From a virus (Duplodnaviria; Caudoviricetes), in the IMG/VR virus record IMGVR_UViG_3300011269_000004, positions 1 to 55,328 of that record: 55,328 bases of DNA. One strand, given 5' to 3'. The notes under the pieces were generated by a model that had not been told where the DNA came from, searched no databases, and worked only from the letters and a program-made list of their open reading frames with translations. The first letter of the stretch is position 1. Every line of letters starts with the position of its first letter. The translations under genes and the position numbers were made by a program. Below are positions 46,504 through 54,945 of the stretch, piece by piece.

Positions 46504-46755
46504 TCACTGTTTTCGTCCGCTAGTCATCGCGGCCATCGCTTGCTGCTCCATCTGATCCTGCGCCACGCGCTGCGCGAAGGCCATAGATTCCGCGTTGGCT
46601 TGCTCGTTCTTCAGTTTGCGCAACGCCTGCTCCAGCATGTTGATGGCGTAGTCCATGCCCGGAGTGCGCGCGAGGTCGATGGTCATCTTCATGCTCACAG
46701 GGTCGATGACCGTGAGCACTAGCGAGGCTCGCGGCCTGCTGTTCGGAGCGTCCAT
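46504..46755 (-). CDS. Hypothetical protein
   Basis: TAATG coupling at 46755. Confidence 0.55.
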   Translation of the reverse strand: MDAPNSRPRASLVLTVIDPVSMKMTIDLARTPGMDYAINMLEQALRKLKNEQANAESMAFAQRVAQDQMEQQAMAAMTSGRKQ

Positions 46756-47015
46756 TACACCCACCCTCTCTTCGGCGGAAGGAAGCGCACCGCTTGCCGC
46801 GCAAGACGTTGCTCCCTGTCGGTCATCTCGCGGCGCCGCTTCAAGATATTCTGCTGGCGCGCCTGCGCCTTGATCTTGGAGCGCGTCCAGACGTGAACGG
46901 ATTGACAAGTGCGGCAGAACAGCGTGTAGGATTTACCGTCTCGATTCTCCGAGAGCACGATGTCGCTGCGCTCGCAGGTACCCTCAAGAAAATTCCTGCA
47001 CTTGGGAATTTCCAT
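46755..47015 (-). CDS. Zn-ribbon-like hypothetical protein
   Basis: C......C...FCRTC; TAATG coupling on both sides. Confidence 0.6.
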   Translation of the reverse strand: MEIPKCRNFLEGTCERSDIVLSENRDGKSYTLFCRTCQSVHVWTRSKIKAQARQQNILKRRREMTDREQRLARQAVRFLPPKRGWV

Positions 47016-47572
47016 TACGCCGCCTTCGCAAAATACTCTTGCGGTAGAGATTTGCGAATAGGGATGCCATACTCGTCAATTTCGTTTACGTTGAAGATGC
47101 CGAAGTAATTAGGATTCGGCCCTAACTTCACAGTCGCCGTACCGGGCAATAAATAATCCCCGTAGAAGTATCCATCTAAGTGAGGATTCTCCACATGGTA
47201 TGTATCGGCTTTGCGGAGCGAATTTGCTTGCAGCCAAGTTCCTGCCGGAAGGTTTTTGTCATAGGTGACGGCAGCACCCTCGAATCTTCGACAGACGTAA
47301 GAGGTATCGCCTTCAGATTCTACAAGGAAAACGTTAGGAAACAGTTTGCAGAACTGCGCGAATAGGTCGGGAGCCATCGCAATCAGGTCCGGCTCCTCAC
47401 GACCGAATACACATTGCTGGTATGCATTTTCAAGCATGGCGAATGTCAGCGGATTGTTTGGTGCGACGGGGGTCGCGGGCAGTACCGCCTCAACGAGAAC
47501 TTTGTGAGCAACGGCGATGACAACTCCAGCCGTAGCCAACTTCTTGAAAAAGTCTCGGCGTGAAAGACTCAT
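47015..47572 (-). CDS. Tat-signal protein homologous to an internal domain of the major capsid protein
   Basis: SRRDFFK twin-arginine motif plus hydrophobic stretch; AYQ..VFG..EPD and RF..A.V..D....GT....NS shared with MCP. Confidence 0.75.
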   Translation of the reverse strand: MSLSRRDFFKKLATAGVVIAVAHKVLVEAVLPATPVAPNNPLTFAMLENAYQQCVFGREEPDLIAMAPDLFAQFCKLFPNVFLVESEGDTSYVCRRFEGAAVTYDKNLPAGTWLQANSLRKADTYHVENPHLDGYFYGDYLLPGTATVKLGPNPNYFGIFNVNEIDEYGIPIRKSLPQEYFAKAA

Positions 47573-47754
47573 GCCCTCTCCGAGAACGCTTGGCATCCGC
47601 ACAGCAAGCACGGACCTTCAGGATGCGAGGTGGCTCCGTGTCCGCAGGCGCATTGCGTGTCGCGGTCTACACGCGTGCGCCCGCTCAACAAATGTTCCGG
47701 GTCAGGAAGAGAGTCCGGTGGCCGTTCACGCCGCGCTGAGGGATTCTTCGGCAA
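47569..47754 (-). CDS. Small Cys/His Zn-finger protein
   Basis: C.CGH....H...C..C.C..F. Confidence 0.5.
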   Translation of the reverse strand: MPKNPSARRERPPDSLPDPEHLLSGRTRVDRDTQCACGHGATSHPEGPCLLCGCQAFSERA

Positions 47755-47944
47755 TGGTCTGGTCCTCTAGCACTGGAAACATTCCGATGTGACGCTGGTA
47801 TTGCTCCAGAACGTTTGGATAAGAGCGGCCGGCGCCGCACTTATAGCAGTTGAAGCAACTGAGAATCGGCTCGCTTGGAAAGAATGCCGGGGTGTCCTCT
47901 GCGCCACACTCGGTGCAAACGTACTTCTGAAATTTCATCTCCAT
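47726..47944 (-). CDS. Zn-ribbon protein
   Basis: CTECG...CYKCG; GGAGG RBS. Confidence 0.6.
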   Translation of the reverse strand: MEMKFQKYVCTECGAEDTPAFFPSEPILSCFNCYKCGAGRSYPNVLEQYQRHIGMFPVLEDQTIAEESLSAA

Positions 47945-48023
47945 CGTCGGGGAACCTCCAATCGGGAGGACGATACACCTTTTGGCCTTGCTACGCAAGC
48001 AGGTTCCGTGGTAGCGTGCGCTA

Positions 48024-48245
48024 ATGAGCACGAGGTCTAGCATCTACTACTCTCACGAGGACAACATCCACATCTACCTTGGATATATGAACGGGATGGT
48101 CTGTTTCGACTTGCCCGGTTTCTTCTATTCACTGCCTGCCAAAACTTTTTTGGCTTACGTCAAGGCTGCGAAGGGAATAATGGATACAGCGGATTCTCTT
48201 AATGGGCTAGACGCAGTTGAGAATTACGTCAGAAACGAGAGTTAA
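48024..48245 (+). CDS. Hypothetical protein
   Basis: First gene of divergent + block. Confidence 0.55.
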   Translation: MSTRSSIYYSHEDNIHIYLGYMNGMVCFDLPGFFYSLPAKTFLAYVKAAKGIMDTADSLNGLDAVENYVRNES

Positions 48246-48446
48246 TTGATGGCTGGATTGCAGAGGAAAATCAGAATCAAGAAGTTCGTTGATCACTGGA
48301 CTGTTCAGTGGCCGTTGCTCAACTTGCCAGATAAAGTCTTGGAAGCGCACTATTCGACGTTCGAGAATGCTGCGCACGCAGCGCTACACGGATTCCCTGA
48401 AGTATTCGGGACAAACGCATGGATGAAACGCTCAACGAACAGGTAG
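48246..48446 (+). CDS. Hypothetical protein
   Basis: Abuts previous gene. Confidence 0.45.
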   Translation: MMAGLQRKIRIKKFVDHWTVQWPLLNLPDKVLEAHYSTFENAAHAALHGFPEVFGTNAWMKRSTNR

Positions 48447-48592
48447 AGGAAGCGTTGCGCCGGCGCATGAGCGAGATCGGGCGCAAGGGCGGACGCGCCA
48501 AGAGCGAGCGCAAGAAGCGCGCCTCGCGCGAGACGCTCAAGAAGGCCAACGCGGTACGCTTGAAGCGCAGGGTGCCAGATGGTAACAATTGA
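48419..48592 (+). CDS. Small basic KGG-motif protein (57 aa, not in ORF track)
   Basis: MSEIGRKGGRAKSERK..ASRE. Confidence 0.6.
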   Translation: MDETLNEQVEEALRRRMSEIGRKGGRAKSERKKRASRETLKKANAVRLKRRVPDGNN

Positions 48593-48878
48593 AGAGCGCA
48601 ACGCGCTGTACGCGGAAAGGCCGCGCAAGTTCACAGCGCAGGACGTGGGTTATGAACCTTCTCAGCCGTACGGAATCTTCCGTTGCAGCTCTTGCCTGAG
48701 TTTCTACGTGCGGCTGGTGGACTTGAAAGCTACCTGCGATATTTTCCGGTCGCCTGAAACAGACGAGAAAGGCGTGGACCCTGGGTATCGCTGCCGCTTC
48801 TGGACTACAGACGGCGAAACGTTCCCGATGCTGAAGGAAGAAAAAGAAAAGACCGTGGACCGTGGAGGACAAGAGTGA
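48579..48878 (+). CDS. Four-Cys protein with HiPIP-like spacing
   Basis: V.Y....CSSC..F....C.IF....V.P...C.FW. Confidence 0.55.
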   Translation: MVTIEERNALYAERPRKFTAQDVGYEPSQPYGIFRCSSCLSFYVRLVDLKATCDIFRSPETDEKGVDPGYRCRFWTTDGETFPMLKEEKEKTVDRGGQE

Positions 48879-49231
48879 ACACGCAATCAGGTGAAGCGCC
48901 GCTGTTGTTCGATCTGAAGTTTGCCCAACTCTGGACGGACCTTTACTTTCAGTATTACGGGCAGCGCAACGGTTGGATGGCGGGCTTCGTGCTGTTCGCG
49001 TTCAACGTGCAGTTTGGCGCGGGGCGCAACTCGATCACGCTGACTCTTTTCAACTTCAACGTGCTGGCCAGTTGGAACGCGCGGCGCGCGACCGTGCCGA
49101 ATCCTGCGCAAAGCCAGATGCAGGCAAAAGGCCCGAAATTGGAGATCCGCTGCAACTGCGGAAACGTGGCCACCGCGGTAACACCGATCTGCGAAACGTG
49201 CGCCATGAAACTTCTTGCTCCTGCAAACTAG
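48875..49231 (+). CDS. Hypothetical protein
   Basis: GGAGG RBS, GTGA overlap; C-terminal CNC..CETC. Confidence 0.55.
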   Translation: MNTQSGEAPLLFDLKFAQLWTDLYFQYYGQRNGWMAGFVLFAFNVQFGAGRNSITLTLFNFNVLASWNARRATVPNPAQSQMQAKGPKLEIRCNCGNVATAVTPICETCAMKLLAPAN

Positions 49232-49251
49232 CGGGCGAAGCGGAGGAAGTG

Positions 49252-49647
49252 ATGAAGATAGCGAAACTAATTGTGCTCATCCTAGTTCTTGTCACGCAGG
49301 TATTTTTACTCTGGCGAATTCACGCACGACACAAGATACTTGAGCAACTACAAAAGCCCGTACCATTGAGCAGCCTTACTGCACCCTCCGACAATTGGAC
49401 TTTGGATTTCCCTCTAATTACTGGAGTTGGCTCGCTGCAATTCGCGGCTGGCGTAGAACCAGTTTGCGAGATTCTCAGCGGTCAAACCGAGTTGAGAATT
49501 CTCGGCAACCACACATGGAAAGACTGTGCGCGCGAGTTGCGCAAGGCATACCAGTCCACTGAGGAGCAGATTCTTAAAGAGCGCGCTGCACATCGGCAGG
49601 GATGTCTTGAACCGAATGCGAACGTAGAAACACAAGGTAGGATATGA
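49252..49647 (+). CDS. Membrane-anchored protein
   Basis: GGAGG RBS; N-terminal TM MKIAKLIVLILVLVTQVFLLW. Confidence 0.6.
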   Translation: MKIAKLIVLILVLVTQVFLLWRIHARHKILEQLQKPVPLSSLTAPSDNWTLDFPLITGVGSLQFAAGVEPVCEILSGQTELRILGNHTWKDCARELRKAYQSTEEQILKERAAHRQGCLEPNANVETQGRI

Positions 49648-49808
49648 ACGCCGACGTAATCGAAGCGAACTTGGAAGGGGTGCTGCCCGCGTTCCTCTAC
49701 GGCGCGACATTGCTGGAGATGGGCTTCAAGTTGACTAGCGAAGGCGAGTGGATTGTGCGGTCTGAATTGTATTGCTTGACGCCCCACGGAGTTTGGAAAG
49801 TTGAGTGA
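49644..49808 (+). CDS. Small hypothetical protein (54 aa, not in ORF track)
   Basis: ATGA and GTGA overlaps. Confidence 0.5.
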   Translation: MNADVIEANLEGVLPAFLYGATLLEMGFKLTSEGEWIVRSELYCLTPHGVWKVE

Positions 49809-50050
49809 GTATCCTTCTCATCCAAGCGGATGCCCGCAGTATCCCCCTCGCTGACAAATCCATCCATTGCTGCGTGTGCAGCCCTCCTTACTGGGGTTTA
49901 CGAGATTACGGAGTTGCTGGACAACTAGGACTGGAGAAAACGCCCGAGGAATACATCTCCGCGATGGTGGCAGTTTTCCGCGAAGTGAAGCGGGTGCTGC
50001 GGGACGACGCAACCTGCTGGATTAATATGGGCGACTTCCGCCCAAGCTAG
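49805..50050 (+). pseudogene. Truncated beta-class N4C/N6A DNA methyltransferase
   Basis: SPPYWGLRDY catalytic motif and VFREV.RVL.DD.T.W.N.GD, then stop; no FxGxG SAM motif follows. Confidence 0.8.
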
Positions 50051-50061
50051 GTATTCGTCGT

Positions 50062-50256
50062 TCATGAACGTTCCGCTCTCCGAGCAACACGGCGCTGATG
50101 AGCGTTGCCGGAGAATTTATTATGTTTAATTATCGGATCGAGCGTGGCGGGAGCATGTTCAAACGAAGCAGGCCAGCCAACAATACCGGATTGAGGTTCG
50201 GCTACTTTGCGGTAGCCTTTGAGCCAACTTAGAATCCTGAGAATGATTTTCTTCAT
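50062..50256 (-). CDS. Hypothetical protein
   Basis: ATGA overlap; N..QRR..RR tail. Confidence 0.5.
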   Translation of the reverse strand: MKKIILRILSWLKGYRKVAEPQSGIVGWPASFEHAPATLDPIIKHNKFSGNAHQRRVARRAERS

Positions 50257-50786
50257 CGTCTTTTCTTCTTCGGCGCAGCCGAGGGCGCCGGTTTCTGTTC
50301 CTTATTTAACACCTGGCGCTTGAACGAGCATAACCCGCATTGGCAATCCACGTCGTGCGAGTCAGACGCCATTCCGCTTAGAGGTCGTTGGCTTTTAATA
50401 GAAACGGGAGTTTGTTTGTCATCCACGACGTCAGGAGTGAAATCCGGGAGCGGATCGGTTCCCTTGTAGGCTCCGGCGGAGGCAACAGGGACAGGAGCAA
50501 TTCGTCGAGACGGACCAGCGCCCCGTCCAGCCACAGGAACGTCTGGTACCCCAGCGCCGTCTTGATGGTCACGATTCTCATGCCCAATTCCTTCAACCTT
50601 AATAAACTCTCGTGGATGCTCTATGTGGATCGGAGGAACAGCAACATATACCGTCCTGCCGCTCGCTACATCGTCTAATTCTCGCCGCATCCACTCCGCT
50701 AACTTCAACCCCACTTTGTCCGCAGATTTTTGCCACCGGTCCAACTGTTCCGTGTCCAGCCTTAATTTGTATGTCCTCGGCGGCAT
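50253..50786 (-). CDS. Ribbon-helix-helix DNA-binding protein with disordered tail
   Basis: TYKLRLD.EQ...W...A...G.KLAEWMR..LD. Confidence 0.65.
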   Translation of the reverse strand: MPPRTYKLRLDTEQLDRWQKSADKVGLKLAEWMRRELDDVASGRTVYVAVPPIHIEHPREFIKVEGIGHENRDHQDGAGVPDVPVAGRGAGPSRRIAPVPVASAGAYKGTDPLPDFTPDVVDDKQTPVSIKSQRPLSGMASDSHDVDCQCGLCSFKRQVLNKEQKPAPSAAPKKKRR

Positions 50787-50787
50787 C

Positions 50788-50850
50788 GTGGGTACGCTGC
50801 GTGGGTACAATCTCATGCCGTGGGTACAGTGTCAACCGGTTTGTGGGTAC
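50788..50850. promoter_or_regulatory. Four direct repeats GTGGGTAC around a - strand TTGACA; putative operator array
   Basis: Copies at 50788, 50801, 50820, 50843; TGTCAA at 50830-50835. Confidence 0.65.
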
Positions 50851-51042
50851 ACGCCACACCACCCCAAAATCCTAAACTTCATCGTAAGCAGCTTAGGAAG
50901 AAAATACTACCCGCAGAAATAAAGGGCCGCGTATTCGCAGCCAGAGAGACGGACTCGCGTTGTCGACGCAGGCTCGAAAAAAGATGATGGGGTGCCCTTG
51001 CGATTGTGTTGGCCTGATTGCTTGCCGATCGCGCGCCAGTGT

Positions 51043-51264
51043 TTACGCTGGGATGATGCAGTCTTGCCAAGAGGCTAGATGTCCGCCGACGCAGTGCAAG
51101 GCACGCTTGTACAGCGGTCGCAGCGCTTCGATCGCGTCGCAACCTTGGCGATAGCTCTCGAATGGCCCAGCGACGACGCCAGAGAGCGTGTCTCCGTCTG
51201 CTTGAACTACGAAGTATTCTTTGACGCGCGCGGGCCCGAACCCGCGTTTTATCATGTATTCCAT
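51043..51264 (-). CDS. Hypothetical protein
   Basis: GAGG RBS; VAGPF.SY motif. Confidence 0.45.
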   Translation of the reverse strand: MEYMIKRGFGPARVKEYFVVQADGDTLSGVVAGPFESYRQGCDAIEALRPLYKRALHCVGGHLASWQDCIIPA

Positions 51265-51680
51265 AGGTATTTGCCTCGGTTAACGTAAGAGTTGATTACG
51301 TTAATTAGACGCGCTAGAAACAAAAGGAGTTGCGCGATAGTGTACATTTCCTCACGTTTTCGCCACTACTAATTGCGGTACTACTCGACGTATGTTTGGC
51401 CCACGCGCTCCTCTTTCGCTCGCTTGCGCTCCGCTCGAATGCGCACCCATTCACGCCTCGCTTCCTCGCCTGGCACGCGCCCGCTCGCTCGAATGGACCG
51501 ATGGCCGGCACGAGCTCCGCTGATATGCCAAAGTCTAGAAGCAAATTTGCGCGTCCAATTTTTTTTACGCACGCCCGGATTTTTCCGCTTTTGCGTGCAG
51601 CGTTGTATAGAGGATGCCTTTTCGATGTTCACAGGAGCACATTGGAACGCGAAAGACAGGGGACTGGCAAGGGAAAAGAT

Positions 51681-52205
51681 TTACAGGGCGTGTTTTACAG
51701 CAAAGTGTCTGAATGCTCGATAGGTCATTTTGAGTAGTTTTGCTGCTTTTGTTCGATTACCTTCTGTTTTCTCTAACGCTTCAATGAGTAACACTTTCTC
51801 TGTTGCACAGATACGCTCTTTGAAACTCTTGGTTGTCATATCTACTTCTTTGTGTTGCGGACGGCCTAAGAGTGTCCAGATGTCCCGGTCTATAACGTTT
51901 TTGTTGTATCTTGGCTGAAGCCACGCGATCAGCAACGCCTCTAATTGCGCGGCTTGTTTATCGGTCGCACATTGATAGACGTGTAGGCGACCGCACTCCT
52001 GAATGGCTCTTGCCGCGTTCTCATGTTCTTTACGTGAGAACCGCGTTAGTGGATTTTTCCCTTTCCCTACGTACAACGCGGCCGCACCAGAAAAGAAAAC
52101 GTACACACCTAGAACGGTCAATCCTCTCAATAGGTTGCCGGTTATTTCCACTGGCCTGTCTGTTATGGAAAGCTCTCTGATTCGCGCCTCTACTTGCATC
52201 TTCAT
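51681..52205 (-). CDS. GIY-YIG domain fused to Fis-type HTH
   Basis: GVY.F......YVGK......R, LEA.LI..LQPRYN; E..LLIEALEKT.GNRTKAAKLL.MTYR. Confidence 0.8.
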   Translation of the reverse strand: MKMQVEARIRELSITDRPVEITGNLLRGLTVLGVYVFFSGAAALYVGKGKNPLTRFSRKEHENAARAIQECGRLHVYQCATDKQAAQLEALLIAWLQPRYNKNVIDRDIWTLLGRPQHKEVDMTTKSFKERICATEKVLLIEALEKTEGNRTKAAKLLKMTYRAFRHFAVKHAL

Positions 52206-52437
52206 TGACGTATAATGTCACACTTGACGTAAATTGGCCAAAAAAAGTGACTTTAATCGTCAAATGACGGTATCCTGCGCTGTCTCATATTGAGCAAGTC
52301 TCATGTGCTCAACGCGGAGTGCTTTGGAATCTCTCTTGCTCTATTCTTGCTTGTGGAGCGCAGAGAAACTGCAGGCGGACAAAAACTCCAATGTTTCTCG
52401 GGGTAATACGCTCCACTAAACTTAACAGGAGAGTGTC

Positions 52438-52626
52438 ATGGCTAAATCAGTTGTCACAATCGAGCAAATCATGGCCGCTGTAGAACAGGACGATAACTTG
52501 GGCATTTGTTTGGCGTGCGGAGAAGAGCAAGGCGGATGTGAGCCGGATGCGCGCGGCTATGAATGCGAGTCTTGCGGCCAGCGCAAAGTGTACGGCGCCG
52601 AAGAACTGTTAATGATGTTTGCCTAG
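52438..52626 (+). CDS. Small Zn-ribbon protein
   Basis: CLACG...CEPDA..YECESCG; AGGAG RBS. Confidence 0.7.
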   Translation: MAKSVVTIEQIMAAVEQDDNLGICLACGEEQGGCEPDARGYECESCGQRKVYGAEELLMMFA

Positions 52627-52675
52627 TCTCTCACAGGGAGCATTCGCGGGAGTGCTTCCGATGAGGTACTCGACA

Positions 52676-52852
52676 ATGCAGACCGTTGAGAACATCATGC
52701 GCACGCACAAGATAAAAGAAGTTATCGCGGAGTGCCAGTTTGAACTCGCGTCTAACTTCGACGCGCCTGCTATCCGCATCATTGCCTATCACGCGTCGCG
52801 CCTAGCAATGACCTATGACGAGTTTGCTCGCTTGCTGGAGGTGGAATCGTGA
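52676..52852 (+). CDS. Small hypothetical protein
   Basis: GAGG RBS, GTGA overlap. Confidence 0.45.
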   Translation: MQTVENIMRTHKIKEVIAECQFELASNFDAPAIRIIAYHASRLAMTYDEFARLLEVES

Positions 52853-53514
52853 GTACTACATCCGGTCTCTTTCCAGAAGAACAGCCAAGTTTAGGCTTTC
52901 CTGTTCCTCTCTCAGAACGCTACCGACCTAAGACTATCGACGCGTTCATTGGCCTAGAGAAGCAACGCAAGGTACTCTCTGCATTCGCTCGCCGGCCGGT
53001 ATCGTGCGCTTGGCTTTTTATCGGGCCTAGTGGCGTTGGCAAGTCCACTATGGCGCTGGCACTCGCGGATGAACTGCAAGCGGACTTGCACAAGATCCCT
53101 TCCCAAAAATGCACTGTGCAAGCCGTGGAAGATGTCGTTCGTATGTGCTGGTACTGCCCGCGGACGCCTAACGGTTTCCATGTCGTCCTAGCCGATGAGG
53201 CCGATCAGATGTCGCCTGCAGCACAGCTTGCCTTGCTGTCTAAACTCGACTCGACAGACCCGGCGCCTAATACTATCTGGATTTTTACAGCGAACGATGC
53301 GGAGAGACTGGAAAAACGTTTCTTGTCTCGCTGTCGGGTGTTGGAGTTTTCCAGTTATGGGATGCGTAGCGAGCTCGCTTCATTCCTAGCGCAAGTGTGG
53401 AAGTCTGAGACTGGCACGGATGGCACGATTGACTTTGAACGCGTGAGCAAAAATTCCTGCAACAATGTCCGCGATGCACTCCAAACGCTAGAAGTAGAAT
53501 TGCTGGCCGTATGA
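52849..53514 (+). CDS. Clamp-loader-like AAA+ ATPase (DnaX/RFC family)
   Basis: ERYRP.T....IG, GPSGVGKST, DEAD, SRC, RDALQ.LE. Confidence 0.9.
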   Translation: MSTTSGLFPEEQPSLGFPVPLSERYRPKTIDAFIGLEKQRKVLSAFARRPVSCAWLFIGPSGVGKSTMALALADELQADLHKIPSQKCTVQAVEDVVRMCWYCPRTPNGFHVVLADEADQMSPAAQLALLSKLDSTDPAPNTIWIFTANDAERLEKRFLSRCRVLEFSSYGMRSELASFLAQVWKSETGTDGTIDFERVSKNSCNNVRDALQTLEVELLAV

Positions 53515-53706
53515 GTCGCATCCAAATCAGCGGGAAAATTGTGAAGTGTCCTTGCGTAGTCTTGAGGCTCACGACACACAAGCGGTATGAATGCTTACTC
53601 CGCGGAGACCAATTCCACGTTACTCGTAAACGTACAAAAGTTTAGCGCAGGCCGCCGCGCAGAAGTGCGGCCAAAGTCCGGTCAGGACTCTAAACACGAA
53701 GGCAGT

Positions 53707-54096
53707 ATGCAAAGAGCATCGGTAAAATCACGAGAGGAATTTGTAGGGTTGATTGTTGGGCACGCTTCAGGTCCAAGCGGTATAGGCTCTCAAGATGAAC
53801 GTGCACGGATTAGTGCCGCACAAAGATTATTGAGGTATGGCGCGACTCTGGGACGCATCGCAGAACGCCAGTGCAACGGGTACCAGACTTGGGATTACAA
53901 ATGGGACGAGAAGGCAGCCGCACGCGATGAAGCCAAAGAGGAACGCATCCAAGCCGCTGTCACAAAACTGTGTGTCTCTATTGGAGTAACTCCTGTTTTC
54001 GGCGGAGACCCGCGAGGCAACACGCTCAAGATTGCCGTGCCAGACGGCTATACCAACGACTGGGGACGCGAAGGTATCGGAGTCCCAACGTCATGA
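53707..54096 (+). CDS. Hypothetical protein (GDPRG motif)
   Basis: L.R.AE..CNG and GDPRG..LKI motifs. Confidence 0.65.
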   Translation: MQRASVKSREEFVGLIVGHASGPSGIGSQDERARISAAQRLLRYGATLGRIAERQCNGYQTWDYKWDEKAAARDEAKEERIQAAVTKLCVSIGVTPVFGGDPRGNTLKIAVPDGYTNDWGREGIGVPTS

Positions 54097-54248
54097 GTTA
54101 CCGCGATTACGGCTTCGAGAAGCGATACATCCCGCAAGAGGCGCGTGTGAGGCGCCTCTTGGCTCGCTTGGGAGTCCTTGCGCTAGTCACTATCCTGACA
54201 TTTATTTTCTACGCTTGGCTTTTCCAAGCGGATTGGTTGCGGCCATGA
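54093..54248 (+). CDS. Small membrane protein
   Basis: One TM helix; ATGA overlaps. Confidence 0.55.
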   Translation: MSYRDYGFEKRYIPQEARVRRLLARLGVLALVTILTFIFYAWLFQADWLRP

Positions 54249-54517
54249 TTACCACCGTGCGCATAGCGCCTGTGGAGAGATGGTGCGAGGCTTCGGCTCC
54301 TCTTAGTCATCGCCACAACATGACGGGAATTATCGGCGTACCAGTGTCTATCTTCGTCACTGATACGCGCTTTGACCGCGTAGAGCCTGCCGGAGATGCG
54401 TTGTGCGGCGGGCGCTGGTGGCTGCTCGAAGAATCTAGCCGCATGGCCCTGCAAGAACTCATCGGCGGATGCGTGGTGGGCGACATGATTTGCGAGCACA
54501 TGCTGGCGATGGACTGA
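54245..54517 (+). CDS. Hypothetical protein
   Basis: ATGA/TGATG coupling. Confidence 0.55.
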   Translation: MITTVRIAPVERWCEASAPLSHRHNMTGIIGVPVSIFVTDTRFDRVEPAGDALCGGRWWLLEESSRMALQELIGGCVVGDMICEHMLAMD

Positions 54518-54891
54518 TGGCCAACAAGACCAGAGCTCTGCAACGTAGTAAAGCATACTTGGAGCGCAACGGCTGGCAAGTGGCCATCGTCGAGCGTTGG
54601 ATACCTCCGCGCGGGGCTATGAAGTTTGGCGTGCGCAAGGATGTGTGGGGCTTCGGGGACCTGCTTGCCTGCCGCAAACCTGAGAACAGTCCGTTTGGCG
54701 AGATCGCCTTGATACAGACTTTCCCAATGGCGCGGTGGAAAGACCATGCAAACAAATTAGCGGCACTTCCTGAGTTGCTTCGATGGAAAGAATCTGACGG
54801 CTTGGTTTTTATGCATGGGTGGGCACTCAAGCCGAAGGATGGCGTACGAGGGGCCAAGAAGGTCTGGACGTTGCGCGAAGAAAGTTTGTAA
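54517..54891 (+). CDS. PD-(D/E)XK nuclease, Holliday-junction-resolvase-like
   Basis: YL..NGW.V..VERW, D.WG..DLLA, LIQ motifs. Confidence 0.7.
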   Translation: MANKTRALQRSKAYLERNGWQVAIVERWIPPRGAMKFGVRKDVWGFGDLLACRKPENSPFGEIALIQTFPMARWKDHANKLAALPELLRWKESDGLVFMHGWALKPKDGVRGAKKVWTLREESL

Positions 54892-54897
54892 TAGTTG

Positions 54898-54945
54898 TTG
54901 ACACGTTTTACCACATTATGCCACTATGTGCCACATGAGTACCAC
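54898..54945 (+). promoter_or_regulatory. sigma70-type promoter overlapped by four phased TRCCAC boxes
   Basis: TTGACA-N18-CACTAT with extended TG; boxes at 54909, 54919, 54929, 54940. Confidence 0.65.

Noticed and set aside
14348-47365. Numerous + strand ORFs within the morphogenesis operon (e.g. 43264..44286, 21458..22180)
   Set aside because: Antisense shadows of well-supported - strand genes
51300-51680. ORFs and CGCTCG-rich repeats as a gene or genome terminus
   Set aside because: Overlapping ORFs lack motifs and repeats are short and irregular; needs read-end data
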